Shown here piece by piece: positions 17,037 through 24,839 of a DNA stretch of 32,000 nucleotides. A model generated the notes under the pieces. The model did not search any database. It had not been told where the DNA came from and was given only the letters and a program-made list of their open reading frames with translations. The stretch is from Edaphobacter aggregans (lineage in GTDB: Bacteria; Acidobacteriota; Terriglobia; Terriglobales; Acidobacteriaceae): assembly GCF_003945235.1 (NCBI RefSeq), contig NZ_RSDW01000001.1, positions 3,990,001 through 4,022,000 of the forward strand, in the 5' to 3' direction. A program made the position numbers and the translations under genes. Position 1 is the first letter of the stretch. Each line of letters opens with the position of its first letter.

Positions 17037-18620
17037 TCAATAGCCGATATTCTTAATCGCCTGTGGTCCTAGCCGTTCCTTCAACTGCTCGAGATACAGA
17101 CTCTCCGGAGCAACAGGCTTCTCCTGCGATTCGATGATCCCCTGAGGCAGCATCGGCAGCTCTGGCCCCGGATCAAACGTTGGCAACTTGCCCAGCGCCT
17201 GCTCGCCGCGATTCCCGATCCCCCAGTTCGCCGCACCTGGAGGCATCTGGATCACATACGATTTCGCGACGTTGTTCCACGCCACGCCCCACCCCATCGT
17301 CCATCCATGTCCAGACCCCATCGACCCGCGATTCATCAGGTCGATCCCACCCTCAGGCACCTCGTTGCTATCGATCAGAAGCCCCGTAGACCAGCGCTGA
17401 TGCGGCTGCACATGCCCATCGCCATGAAAGACGCAGTGAAGTACCACATTCGGCCCCTGCTCCCTCGCGCCCGTGGCGATATAGAAGACGTTGTTCTCGT
17501 CTGCACTGCAGCGGTCGATCAGAATCTGCGTCCCATCGACAGAAAAGTCCGCCGACTTCGCCGCTCCAATCAACGCGATGCTCTGCGTCACATCCACCTT
17601 CACCACCGTAACCCGTCGAGTGTTGTGATCCAGATTCACCGGTCCAGTTGTATTGAGGATGCGAAGATTGCTGACCCATCCGTCCTTCATGCTCTTCAAC
17701 TCCACCCCGTTGAAATGCTTGTCGTTCAGCGTGACTCTCCTCGCCGGGGCAACCAGTCTGAAGTTCTCTACCCCCACCTGCTCAATCTGTCCGGTGTGCT
17801 CTACCTTTACAACCTTAGCCCCGTCCGCCCCTAAATACTTCGCATCATATGAGTCCGCCAACGGCACATCGAACTCCAGCCTCTTGCCCTTGATGGCGAC
17901 AATCATGCGCTCCGTCTTCAACTCATCCGACACCCACGTCTGTTTCTTCCCAGCACGAACCAGCGTGTCCATGCCCATCAGGTGCACCCACTCCGGTGTG
18001 ACTGGCCGAACGATCTGCACCACGTCGCCCACTTTGAAGCCCGAGGCATTCTTCACGTTGAGCGTCATCGCTCCAGAAGGAACGTAATCGTCCACTATCG
18101 TAGTCGCCTCGCCCACAGGCTTGATCGTGCTCTCACCGGCAATCAAAACTGCAAGATGCGGATCTCCTGTCATCTCAATCACCGTGTCCGCTTCGCCCGA
18201 GCCACTGCCTCGCAACACCACGCCACTCGCGCTGATCTTCAGCGTAGCCTTGCAATGAAACCGTCCCGGAGCAAGCAAGACAGCTCCACGTATCCCATTC
18301 ACCAGCGGCAGTGCGGAAACCTCATCAATTGCCCCCTGAATCGCCGCGCTGTCATCGTCATCTGAGGGAGTCACCGTCTTTTTCACCGGCACTATCGGCA
18401 CAGCAACCCCGCCGCCCATATAGCCCGCGTACGAAAAGTCCATGATCCGGTCGCCGACCTTGAACTGTCGATAAGTCAGCTTCCCCGAGTGGTCAAAGTA
18501 GACCCACTCGCTATGCGCAGCGGGCGCCGGCTTTGCTCCCACCGTAACGGCAAAGAAGACAGCAGCGGCTGCCACTACAGACGACTGCAAGACATAGCTT
18601 GAAACTCTTGATGGACTCAA
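17037..18620 (-). CDS. Secreted right-handed beta-helix (pectate-lyase-fold) protein, probable glycoside hydrolase or lyase of unknown specificity
   Basis: 527 aa with a TTG start and GAGAGAG 6 nt upstream. Signal peptide VVAAAAVFFAVTVGA. Pectate_lyase_3-like N-terminal motif DDDDSAAIQGAIDEVS...GAVLLAPGRF. Repetitive beta-rich core. C-terminal segment HQRWSTGLLIDSNEVPEGGIDLMNRGSMGSGHGWTMGWGVAWN. The gene starts 13 nt after the fucD stop. Confidence 0.6.
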   Translation of the reverse strand: MSPSRVSSYVLQSSVVAAAAVFFAVTVGAKPAPAAHSEWVYFDHSGKLTYRQFKVGDRIMDFSYAGYMGGGVAVPIVPVKKTVTPSDDDDSAAIQGAIDEVSALPLVNGIRGAVLLAPGRFHCKATLKISASGVVLRGSGSGEADTVIEMTGDPHLAVLIAGESTIKPVGEATTIVDDYVPSGAMTLNVKNASGFKVGDVVQIVRPVTPEWVHLMGMDTLVRAGKKQTWVSDELKTERMIVAIKGKRLEFDVPLADSYDAKYLGADGAKVVKVEHTGQIEQVGVENFRLVAPARRVTLNDKHFNGVELKSMKDGWVSNLRILNTTGPVNLDHNTRRVTVVKVDVTQSIALIGAAKSADFSVDGTQILIDRCSADENNVFYIATGAREQGPNVVLHCVFHGDGHVQPHQRWSTGLLIDSNEVPEGGIDLMNRGSMGSGHGWTMGWGVAWNNVAKSYVIQMPPGAANWGIGNRGEQALGKLPTFDPGPELPMLPQGIIESQEKPVAPESLYLEQLKERLGPQAIKNIGY

Positions 18621-18633
18621 TCGTTACTCTCTC

Positions 18634-19968
18634 TTATTTTCCAACCATGACCACGGCGCCGACAGCCGACTCATCACGCCACGCATCGCCATCGGGGTAG
18701 CGATACCGCTCCAGCGATTCCTGCCGTATCTCGATGCTGTATCCCGGCGCCTCCGGCATCAGATAGCGGCCGCGTCGAATCCTGACTGGCTCCACAAAGT
18801 GTTCGTGCAGATGGTCCACATATTCAATGACGCGGTCTTCCATGCTCCCCGACACACACAGATAATCGAACGCTGAAAGATGTTGTACGTACTCGCACAG
18901 CCCCACACCGCCGGCATGAGGACAGACCGGCACCTTGAACTTCGCAGCAAGTAGAAGGATGGCGAGATTCTCATTTACCCCCGCGACGCGGCAACTATCG
19001 ATCTGGCAGACATCGATGGCGTTGGCCTGCAGGAACTGCTTGAACATTACGCGACTGTGGCAGTGCTCCCCCGTTGCGATGCGTACCTCAGGAACCTCGA
19101 AGCGAATGCGCGCGTGCCCCAGGATATCGTCCGGGCTGGTCGGCTCCTCCATCCACCACGGCTCCAACTCGGTTAGCTCGCGCGTGCGCAGAATTGCCTC
19201 TTCTACGCCCCACTTCTGGTTGGCATCGACCATCAGCTTGTTCTCCCAGCCAATCTCCTCGCGTACCAGTCTGCCGCGACGAAGATCGTTCGCTGGGTCG
19301 CCCCCCACCTTCAGTTTGAAATTGGTCCAGCCGTCGGCCAGCGCCCGGTGACAAAGCGTCCGAATCTTTTCGTCGCTAAACCCATACCACCCGACCGAGG
19401 TCGTGTAAGCAGGATAGCCATCGCGCTCCAGCAGCTCCATGCGTTCGGCGTTGCCGCTCCGGGCCTCTTCCAGAATCTCTCGTGCTTCGCCGCGCGAAAG
19501 CGCATCGTCGATATAGCGAAACTCGACCGCGGAAAGCACCTGCTCCGGTTCGAGATCCGACAGCAGCCTCCACAACGGCTTCTTCTCAACTCGCGCATAC
19601 AGATCCCACACCGCGTTGATCAGCGCTCCGGTCGCCAATTGAATGACGCCCTTCTCCGGACCAAGCCAGCGAAACTGGCTCTCATCGGTCAACTGGCGGC
19701 AAAACCCGGCCATATCGGCGGTCAGCGAATCAAGCGTCCGACCCTTCACAAAGCGCGCCAGGTATTCAAGCGCAAGGACGCAAAGCTCCGTGCCCCGGCC
19801 AAGCGTAAAGGTCAGGCCGTGGCCTCGATGCCCCGTGTTCGTCTCGAGGATGCAGTAAGCGGCCGAGTAGTCGGGGTCTTTATTGACCGCATCAGACCCG
19901 ATGCTTTCCCGGGAAGTAGGAAAACGCAGATCGACGACTCTCACACTTGTAACAACAGTTTCATTCAC
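18634..19968 (-). CDS. fucD: L-fuconate dehydratase (enolase superfamily, mandelate racemase/muconate lactonizing enzyme subgroup)
   Basis: 444 aa, GTG start. Motifs VDLRFPTSRESIGSDAVNKDPDYSAAYCIL, SQFRWLGPEKGVIQLATGALINAVWDLYARVEKKPLWRLL and DANQKW...EEP closely follow the characterised Xanthomonas FucD sequence as I remember it. Confidence 0.9.
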   Translation of the reverse strand: MNETVVTSVRVVDLRFPTSRESIGSDAVNKDPDYSAAYCILETNTGHRGHGLTFTLGRGTELCVLALEYLARFVKGRTLDSLTADMAGFCRQLTDESQFRWLGPEKGVIQLATGALINAVWDLYARVEKKPLWRLLSDLEPEQVLSAVEFRYIDDALSRGEAREILEEARSGNAERMELLERDGYPAYTTSVGWYGFSDEKIRTLCHRALADGWTNFKLKVGGDPANDLRRGRLVREEIGWENKLMVDANQKWGVEEAILRTRELTELEPWWMEEPTSPDDILGHARIRFEVPEVRIATGEHCHSRVMFKQFLQANAIDVCQIDSCRVAGVNENLAILLLAAKFKVPVCPHAGGVGLCEYVQHLSAFDYLCVSGSMEDRVIEYVDHLHEHFVEPVRIRRGRYLMPEAPGYSIEIRQESLERYRYPDGDAWRDESAVGAVVMVGK

Positions 19969-20057
19969 TTCGAGTCATGCACCTTTCGGGTGGTATCTAA
20001 AAAGCAGGTACAGTTTGAGGCTGCGAGAAACAGGCCTGTCTTGAGTTAACCATGGTA

Positions 20058-20087
20058 TTTCTATTTGTGGAAGATAATATTTGTCAA
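20058..20087 (-). promoter_or_regulatory. Candidate sigma70-type promoter for fucD and the beta-helix gene
   Basis: The minus strand reads TTGACA (20087-20082), an 18-nt spacer, then TAGAAA (20063-20058). This is the same TTGACAA...TAnnAn layout as at 13231 and 20261. Confidence 0.4.
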
Positions 20088-20260
20088 TGAAAAGAGATTA
20101 GAAAAGAAATGGGGGCTCTCAGGGAACCCCTTTTAGCTCCTATTTCGCCGATCGTCTTTCAATCGAAAGTCAAACCTATGGATTGTCGGGCACAAGCCGC
20201 TCATTCAATAGAGCAAATCCCTGGCATCAATTTTTGTTATATGAAATATTATTTTTATTC

Positions 20261-20290
20261 TTGACAATCGTATTTGTTGATCGATAAAAA
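20261..20290 (+). promoter_or_regulatory. Candidate sigma70-type promoter for the GH29 fucosidase gene
   Basis: TTGACA (20261-20266), an 18-nt spacer, then TAAAAA (20285-20290). It is preceded by an AT-rich UP-like tract (atgaaatattatttttattc). Confidence 0.4.
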
Positions 20291-20361
20291 CGCTCATGCT
20301 GCCGTAAGACGGCTTGCGGTGCAACCTTACAACTCAGGCAAAAGGCGGGAATCAAGGATCA

Positions 20362-21717
20362 ATGGGCGCTTTCAAGGTAAATCGACGAAACATGTTGTTG
20401 GGCACTGGCGCATCTCTGGCCTCTCTCGCTATAGGAGCAAACGCGCAGGCCCCGGTCCCGCCAACTCCGTCGCCAGCCGCGCCGGATCCCAACTCACCTC
20501 CTCCGACCGCCGATCAGATCCGCCGCATGCAGTGGTGGCACGTCGCCAAATTCGGCATGTTCATCCACTTCGGCGTCTACAGCCAATACGGTCGCCACGA
20601 GTGGGCCATGGAGACCCAGGCCATCCCCATGCAGGACTATCTCCAGCTCGCCAAAGAGTTCAACCCTAAGCCCCACTCTGCGCGCGCATGGGCCAAGCTG
20701 GCCAAAGCTGCTGGCATGAAGTACATGGTCATGACCACCAAGCACCACGAGGGCTTCTGCAACTGGGACTCCAAGCTCACCGACTACTGCGCTGCCAAGC
20801 AAGGCCCCGGCCGCGATCTCGTCCGCGAGTACGTCGACGCCGCCCGAGCCGAAGGCCTCCGCGTAGGCTTCTATTACTCCCTCATGGATTGGCATCACCC
20901 CGACGGCGCCCTCTGCGCCCACGACGAAGAGGCCCGCAAGCGCTTCGTCGAGTACACCCACGGCCTCATCCGCGAGCTTCTAACCAACTACGGCAAGATC
21001 GACGTCCTCTGGTACGACGTCTCCTGGCCCCTTGACGCCAAGGGATGGGAGTCCGAGCGCATGAGCAAGATGGTCTTCGAGCTCCAGCCCGACATCATCG
21101 TCAACAACCGCAACAAGCTCCCCGGAGACTTCTCCACACCCGAGCAGAAGATCGTCGCCGAGGCCGGCGGCCGCGCCTGGGAGAGCTGCATGACCCTCAA
21201 CGACTCCTGGGGCTACCAGCGCGCCGACGACAACTGGAAGACCTCCCGCACGATCATTCGCAACCTCATCACCTGCGTCCGTGACGGCGGCAATTACCTG
21301 CTCAACATCGGCCCACGCGGCGATGGCTCTATCCCCGAAGAGTCTGTTCGCGTTCTCACCGAAGTCGGCCAATGGATGGACACCAACGGCGAGACCATCT
21401 ACAAGTCCGATCTCTGCCAGCCCCGTCGCGCCAACTACGCTAGCTTCACCCGCACTGGCAACACCCTCTACATGCACGTGCACTTCTGGCCCGGCGAAGA
21501 CGTCGCCATCTCCGGCCTGACGGCAAAAGTAAAGTCCGCATATTTTCTCAAGAGCAAACAGCCGGTCAAGTTCACGCAGGATAACTTTCGCGTCCACATC
21601 ACAGGCCTTCCCACCCACGCGCCCGATTCACCCATCACCACTATCGCGCTCGAGTGCGACTCCGAGCCCAAGCAGAATACCGACTACGTGCGCATCAACA
21701 AGCCCCGGACAGTGTAG
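20362..21717 (+). CDS. Alpha-L-fucosidase, glycoside hydrolase family 29, exported (Tat-like signal)
   Basis: Start ATG 20362 (MGAFKVNRRNMLLGTGASLASLAIGANAQAP, with a twin-arginine-like RR). GH29 core WWHVAKFGMFIHFGVYS, YMVMTTKHHEGFCNWDS, VGFYYSLMDWHHPD, LWYDVSW, and SCMTLNDSWGY. Confidence 0.9.
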   Translation: MGAFKVNRRNMLLGTGASLASLAIGANAQAPVPPTPSPAAPDPNSPPPTADQIRRMQWWHVAKFGMFIHFGVYSQYGRHEWAMETQAIPMQDYLQLAKEFNPKPHSARAWAKLAKAAGMKYMVMTTKHHEGFCNWDSKLTDYCAAKQGPGRDLVREYVDAARAEGLRVGFYYSLMDWHHPDGALCAHDEEARKRFVEYTHGLIRELLTNYGKIDVLWYDVSWPLDAKGWESERMSKMVFELQPDIIVNNRNKLPGDFSTPEQKIVAEAGGRAWESCMTLNDSWGYQRADDNWKTSRTIIRNLITCVRDGGNYLLNIGPRGDGSIPEESVRVLTEVGQWMDTNGETIYKSDLCQPRRANYASFTRTGNTLYMHVHFWPGEDVAISGLTAKVKSAYFLKSKQPVKFTQDNFRVHITGLPTHAPDSPITTIALECDSEPKQNTDYVRINKPRTV

Positions 21718-21735
21718 TTAGTACCCGTAACCTCC

Positions 21736-21773
21736 AGTCCCGTCGAGTCACCACTCCGGCGGGACCTATTTTT
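21736..21773 (+). terminator. Probable rho-independent terminator of the fucosidase gene
   Basis: GTCCCG (21736-21741) pairs with CGGGAC (21759-21764), with inner GAGT/ACTC pairing, followed by CTATTTTTT. The T-run overlaps the stop of the convergent IclR gene. Confidence 0.55.
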
Positions 21774-22614
21774 TGGCCTTCGCCACACGCTTCTTTGGCG
21801 TCGATTGATCTTCAAGCGGCGGCAGCGCGCCCAGAGCCTCCGAGATCTGCTGACTCGCCTTCCGCAGCGCAGCGGCCACCTCCTGCACGCCAATGGTGTC
21901 CTCAATGCGCTTCACATAAGGAACCGTCAGGCCAGCGACGGCAGTCCCCTGCGAGTTCAGAACAGGGAAGCTGATATTCATCACGCCGGTCACCTCATAG
22001 CTGGCGCGCCGCTCGTATCCGCGCACGCGAATCTTCGCCAGATGATCATCCAGATCAGCCGGCTTCTTCTTCTTCGCTTCCTGCGACCACTCCTGGATGG
22101 CCCGCTCACGCACATCCTCGGACTGGTGAGCCAGAATCACGTGGCCGGTCGCGGCATGCATCAGGTCAACCTTCGACCCCACCTTCACATAAAACCCCGT
22201 GGACTCAGGCGAATCGACCTGCGCCAGAATCACCACATGGCCGCCGTCCAGCACACCCAGATGGCACGACTGCCGCAGCTCATGTGCCAGCCAGTGCATG
22301 ATTGGCAGTGCCTCCGTGACCATGCGCTTTGTCGGCGGATGCTCCTGCCCCAGCCGGAAGAGTCGCAGCGTCAAATGGTAGCGGTCCTTATTGGCGGACT
22401 GGGCAAGGTATCCCCGCTGCTCCAGGCACAGCAGCATGCGGAAGATCTCCGACATCGTCCGATTCAGCCGTCGCGCAACCTCGCTAACCGTAAGGCCTTC
22501 AGGTGTACCGGCAAACAGCTCCAGAATATCCAGCCCCTTCTCCAGCGCGGGAGTCGGGTAGTATCGCTTAGTCTCTGGTTTAGCCGCCAGCGTTCGAGGA
22601 GTAGAAGATCGCAT
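21766..22614 (-). CDS. IclR-family transcriptional regulator (KdgR-like)
   Basis: I chose the start at ATG 22614 (MRSSTPRTLAAKPE...). N-terminal wHTH: ALEKGLDILELFAGTPEGLTVSEVARRLNRTMSEIFRMLLCLEQRGYL. The C-terminal part resembles an IclR effector domain. Confidence 0.85.
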   Translation of the reverse strand: MRSSTPRTLAAKPETKRYYPTPALEKGLDILELFAGTPEGLTVSEVARRLNRTMSEIFRMLLCLEQRGYLAQSANKDRYHLTLRLFRLGQEHPPTKRMVTEALPIMHWLAHELRQSCHLGVLDGGHVVILAQVDSPESTGFYVKVGSKVDLMHAATGHVILAHQSEDVRERAIQEWSQEAKKKKPADLDDHLAKIRVRGYERRASYEVTGVMNISFPVLNSQGTAVAGLTVPYVKRIEDTIGVQEVAAALRKASQQISEALGALPPLEDQSTPKKRVAKAKK

Positions 22615-22715
22615 CCCCCCAAAAATAACAAAATGCAGCTCAAACGTGTAAACAAACATTTACGCTGCTACTCCGCCGATACCTGCGCCAGCCATCGCCC
22701 CTGCCTCATGTAGCA

Positions 22716-24056
22716 TTGGCATGCGCGGGCGGCACCTTTGTCGAGCAGCCTGAGCCCCAAAACAACGTGACCTCCACCGACACGCTGCCCCCTCCACCGC
22801 ATCCAGTCCCACGACGCCGCTGGCGCATCGCCTGGCTGCTTGGCCTTGGCGTCCTGGTCAACTACTTCGACCGCGTCAATCTCTCCGTCTCCCATCAAGC
22901 CCTCAACGAGACCTTTGGCATCTCCGCGGTCACCTTCGGCTATCTCTCCGGCGCCTATAACTGGACTTACGCAGTCTGTCAGCCACCCGTTGGCGTCCTT
23001 CTCGACCGGCTCGGCATCCGTCGCGTCGGTCGCGCCAGTACGCTGCTGTGGAGCGCCGCCAGCTTCGCCGCAGCCCTCACGCCCAGCATCAAAGGATTCT
23101 TCGCCGCTCGCTTCCTCCTCGGCATCGGCGAAGCTCCGACCTTCCCCGCCAACGCTAAAGCCATCGGCCAATGGTTCCCCGCAAACGAGCGCAGTTTCCC
23201 CACCTCCATCTTCGACTCCGCCGCCAAATTTGCCTCGGGCATCGGCGTCCCCCTCCTCGGCGTTCTGCTGCTCAAAGTCGGCTGGCGCTGGAGCTTCGCC
23301 GCCACGGGAATCATCAGCTTCCTTTACTTCCTTCTCTTCTGGAAGATCTACCGCGACCCCGCCGAAGACACGCAACTCAGCGAACCCGAGCGCGCCTACA
23401 TCTCCGAACCCACCGACGCTCCGCTCGAAGAAAAATCCGATCCCCTCCCCCTGCCTTATCTCCTCGGACGGCGCAAGGTGATTGGCCTCGCCCTGGGCTT
23501 CGGCTCCTACAACTACGTGTTTTATCTGCTACTTACTTGGCTCCCGAGCTACCTCTACTCTGCCCTCCACATCGATCTCCTGCACTCCTTCCTCTTCACC
23601 GGAGTCCCCTGGCTCTTCGCCACCGCAACCGATCTCATCATTGGAGGCTGGCTGGTTGACGAACTCATCCGCCGCGGCTGGAACGCCAACCGCGTCCGCA
23701 AGACCACCCTCATCGTCGGGACCGCCTGCGGTCTGGGCATCCTCGGCGCCGCCCACGCCCACACCCCGGCCCGAGCGCTCATCTGGATCAGCATCTCAAT
23801 CGGCGGCCTCTCCGCAGCCTCACCCGTAGGCTGGACGATCCCATCCCTCATCGTGCCGCGCAGCAGCGTGGGAAGCGTAGGCGGCATCATCAACTTCTCC
23901 AACCAGCTCTCCGGCATCGCGGCCCCCATCGTCACCGGATATCTCGTCGCGGCCCATCAATCCTTCGCTTTGGCCTTCGGCGTCTCAGCGATCTACCTGC
24001 TCATCGGCATCGCCGGCTACATCTTCCTCCTGGGCAAAATCGAACGGTGCGTGTAG
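22716..24056 (+). CDS. MFS transporter, anion:cation symporter (ACS) type, probable sugar-acid transporter
   Basis: 446 aa, about 12 TM segments. ACS-like motifs VLVNYFDRVNLSV and RFLLGIGEAPTFPA. No in-frame ATG exists in the ORF, so the start must be TTG 22716 or GTG 22767. Confidence 0.8.
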   Translation: MACAGGTFVEQPEPQNNVTSTDTLPPPPHPVPRRRWRIAWLLGLGVLVNYFDRVNLSVSHQALNETFGISAVTFGYLSGAYNWTYAVCQPPVGVLLDRLGIRRVGRASTLLWSAASFAAALTPSIKGFFAARFLLGIGEAPTFPANAKAIGQWFPANERSFPTSIFDSAAKFASGIGVPLLGVLLLKVGWRWSFAATGIISFLYFLLFWKIYRDPAEDTQLSEPERAYISEPTDAPLEEKSDPLPLPYLLGRRKVIGLALGFGSYNYVFYLLLTWLPSYLYSALHIDLLHSFLFTGVPWLFATATDLIIGGWLVDELIRRGWNANRVRKTTLIVGTACGLGILGAAHAHTPARALIWISISIGGLSAASPVGWTIPSLIVPRSSVGSVGGIINFSNQLSGIAAPIVTGYLVAAHQSFALAFGVSAIYLLIGIAGYIFLLGKIERCV

Positions 24057-24124
24057 CAGAAAGTTCTTTGCTCGCGGGGACCAGCATAGGGCAATAGTCG
24101 GCATCTCACAGGCAGCACTTCGAA

Positions 24125-24550
24125 TTGACCGAAAACGATCTCATGCCGCTATCGCAGCAGTTTGCGTATCTCGTCATCCTCGCGCTCCCGATCGCCTGCG
24201 TCTCCTGGACCGTTACCCACGAAGAGGTCTTTCGCGAGCCTCGCGAATGGTGCAAGGGCCAAAGCGAGCGCTGCCGCTCTCTCCCCTCAAGAAAATTCTT
24301 CTATCTCTTCACCTGCGAGTATTGCTTCAGCCACTACACCGCAGCCTTCTTCCTGCTGATCACCGGCTTCCACATGCTTTACGAGGGCTGGCGAGGCTAC
24401 CTGATCGCCTGGTTCGCGCTCGTCTGGGTTGCTAATATCTACATGAGCTTCTTCAACCGTTTGCGTCTGGATATCAAACACGAAAACGTAGCCATCGCCG
24501 TAGACCAAAACAAAGTAGCCGATGATGCTCAACCAAAGCAGGCCTCTTAG
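24125..24550 (+). CDS. Small integral membrane protein, possibly DUF1360-like
   Basis: 141 aa (TTG 24125; alternative ATG 24143). Three or four hydrophobic segments. The motif FTCEYCFSHYTAAFF resembles the CxxC-W motif of DUF1360 as I remember it. Confidence 0.55.
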   Translation: MTENDLMPLSQQFAYLVILALPIACVSWTVTHEEVFREPREWCKGQSERCRSLPSRKFFYLFTCEYCFSHYTAAFFLLITGFHMLYEGWRGYLIAWFALVWVANIYMSFFNRLRLDIKHENVAIAVDQNKVADDAQPKQAS

Positions 24551-24678
24551 ATTTCCTCCGGGGAAGAAACGTCCCCTCCAAAAAACTGTCAAGTGAAAAC
24601 CTAGATATCTCCAATAAAACCAATAATATACAAGTGCCGATTCATTCCCTTCCATCCGTTACACTTGAAATAGAGATC

Positions 24679-24710
24679 AAAAAGCCTCCGGCAGACCACC
24701 GGAGGCTTTT
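24679..24710. terminator. Bidirectional rho-independent terminator
   Basis: AAAAA-GCCTCCGG-cagacca-CCGGAGGC-TTTT forms a perfect 8-bp GC-rich stem, flanked by an A-run and a T-run. It lies between convergent genes. Confidence 0.8.
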
Positions 24711-24742
24711 CACCTTAACGGGAAGAACAAACTATGTATTTT

Positions 24743-24837
24743 GAATACTTTGCAAGGAGTACCCCGCGAAAATCAAGACTTTTCAGACTCAATTCGCGCG
24801 AAGTCCAGACCTAAGCCTAATCTTTCGAATACTTTGC
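24743..24837. repeat. 11-nt direct repeat GAATACTTTGC, two copies 84 bp apart
   Basis: Exact copies at 24743-24753 and 24827-24837, both preceded by a T-rich tract. They lie in the non-coding stretch between the valS stop and the 24679-24710 terminator. Confidence 0.6.
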
Positions 24838-24839
24838 GG

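Noticed and set aside
20222-20238. TGGCATCAATTTTTGTT resembles a sigma54 -24 box upstream of the fucosidase gene.
   Set aside because: At the required GG-N10 spacing the bases are TG rather than GC, and no TTGC is in register. This contrasts with the site at 10521-10536.
20109-20264. 51-aa plus-strand ORF (MGALREPLLAPISP...) in the fucD/fucosidase spacer.
   Set aside because: It has no Shine-Dalgarno sequence. It runs through the hairpin, the palindrome and the -35 box of the fucosidase promoter, and its codon composition follows the AT-rich spacer rather than the coding sequence.
21805-22713. 302-aa plus-strand ORF covering almost the whole IclR gene.
   Set aside because: The minus-strand frame carries an unmistakable IclR wHTH and effector domain. 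The plus-strand product is R/Q/H/L-rich with no motif, and it would run through the IclR/MFS promoter spacer.
1204-23375. Long ORFs antisense to confidently assigned genes: 1204..1803+, 3018..3593+, 3533..4180+, 4263..5027+, 8208..8924+, 9618..10328+, 13640..14125-, 15593..16117-, 19348..20049+, 20494..20961-, 20980..21618-, 22668..23375-.
   Set aside because: These are shadow ORFs typical of GC-rich DNA. Each lies fully inside a gene on the other strand that has clear family motifs. Their products are R/P/A/G/H-rich low-complexity strings with no recognisable domain.
24821-24837. tctttcgaatac looks a little like a tRNA T-loop (GTTCGAATC).
   Set aside because: There is no flanking T-stem, no acceptor or anticodon arms, and no CCA context. 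It is one copy of the 11-nt direct repeat instead.
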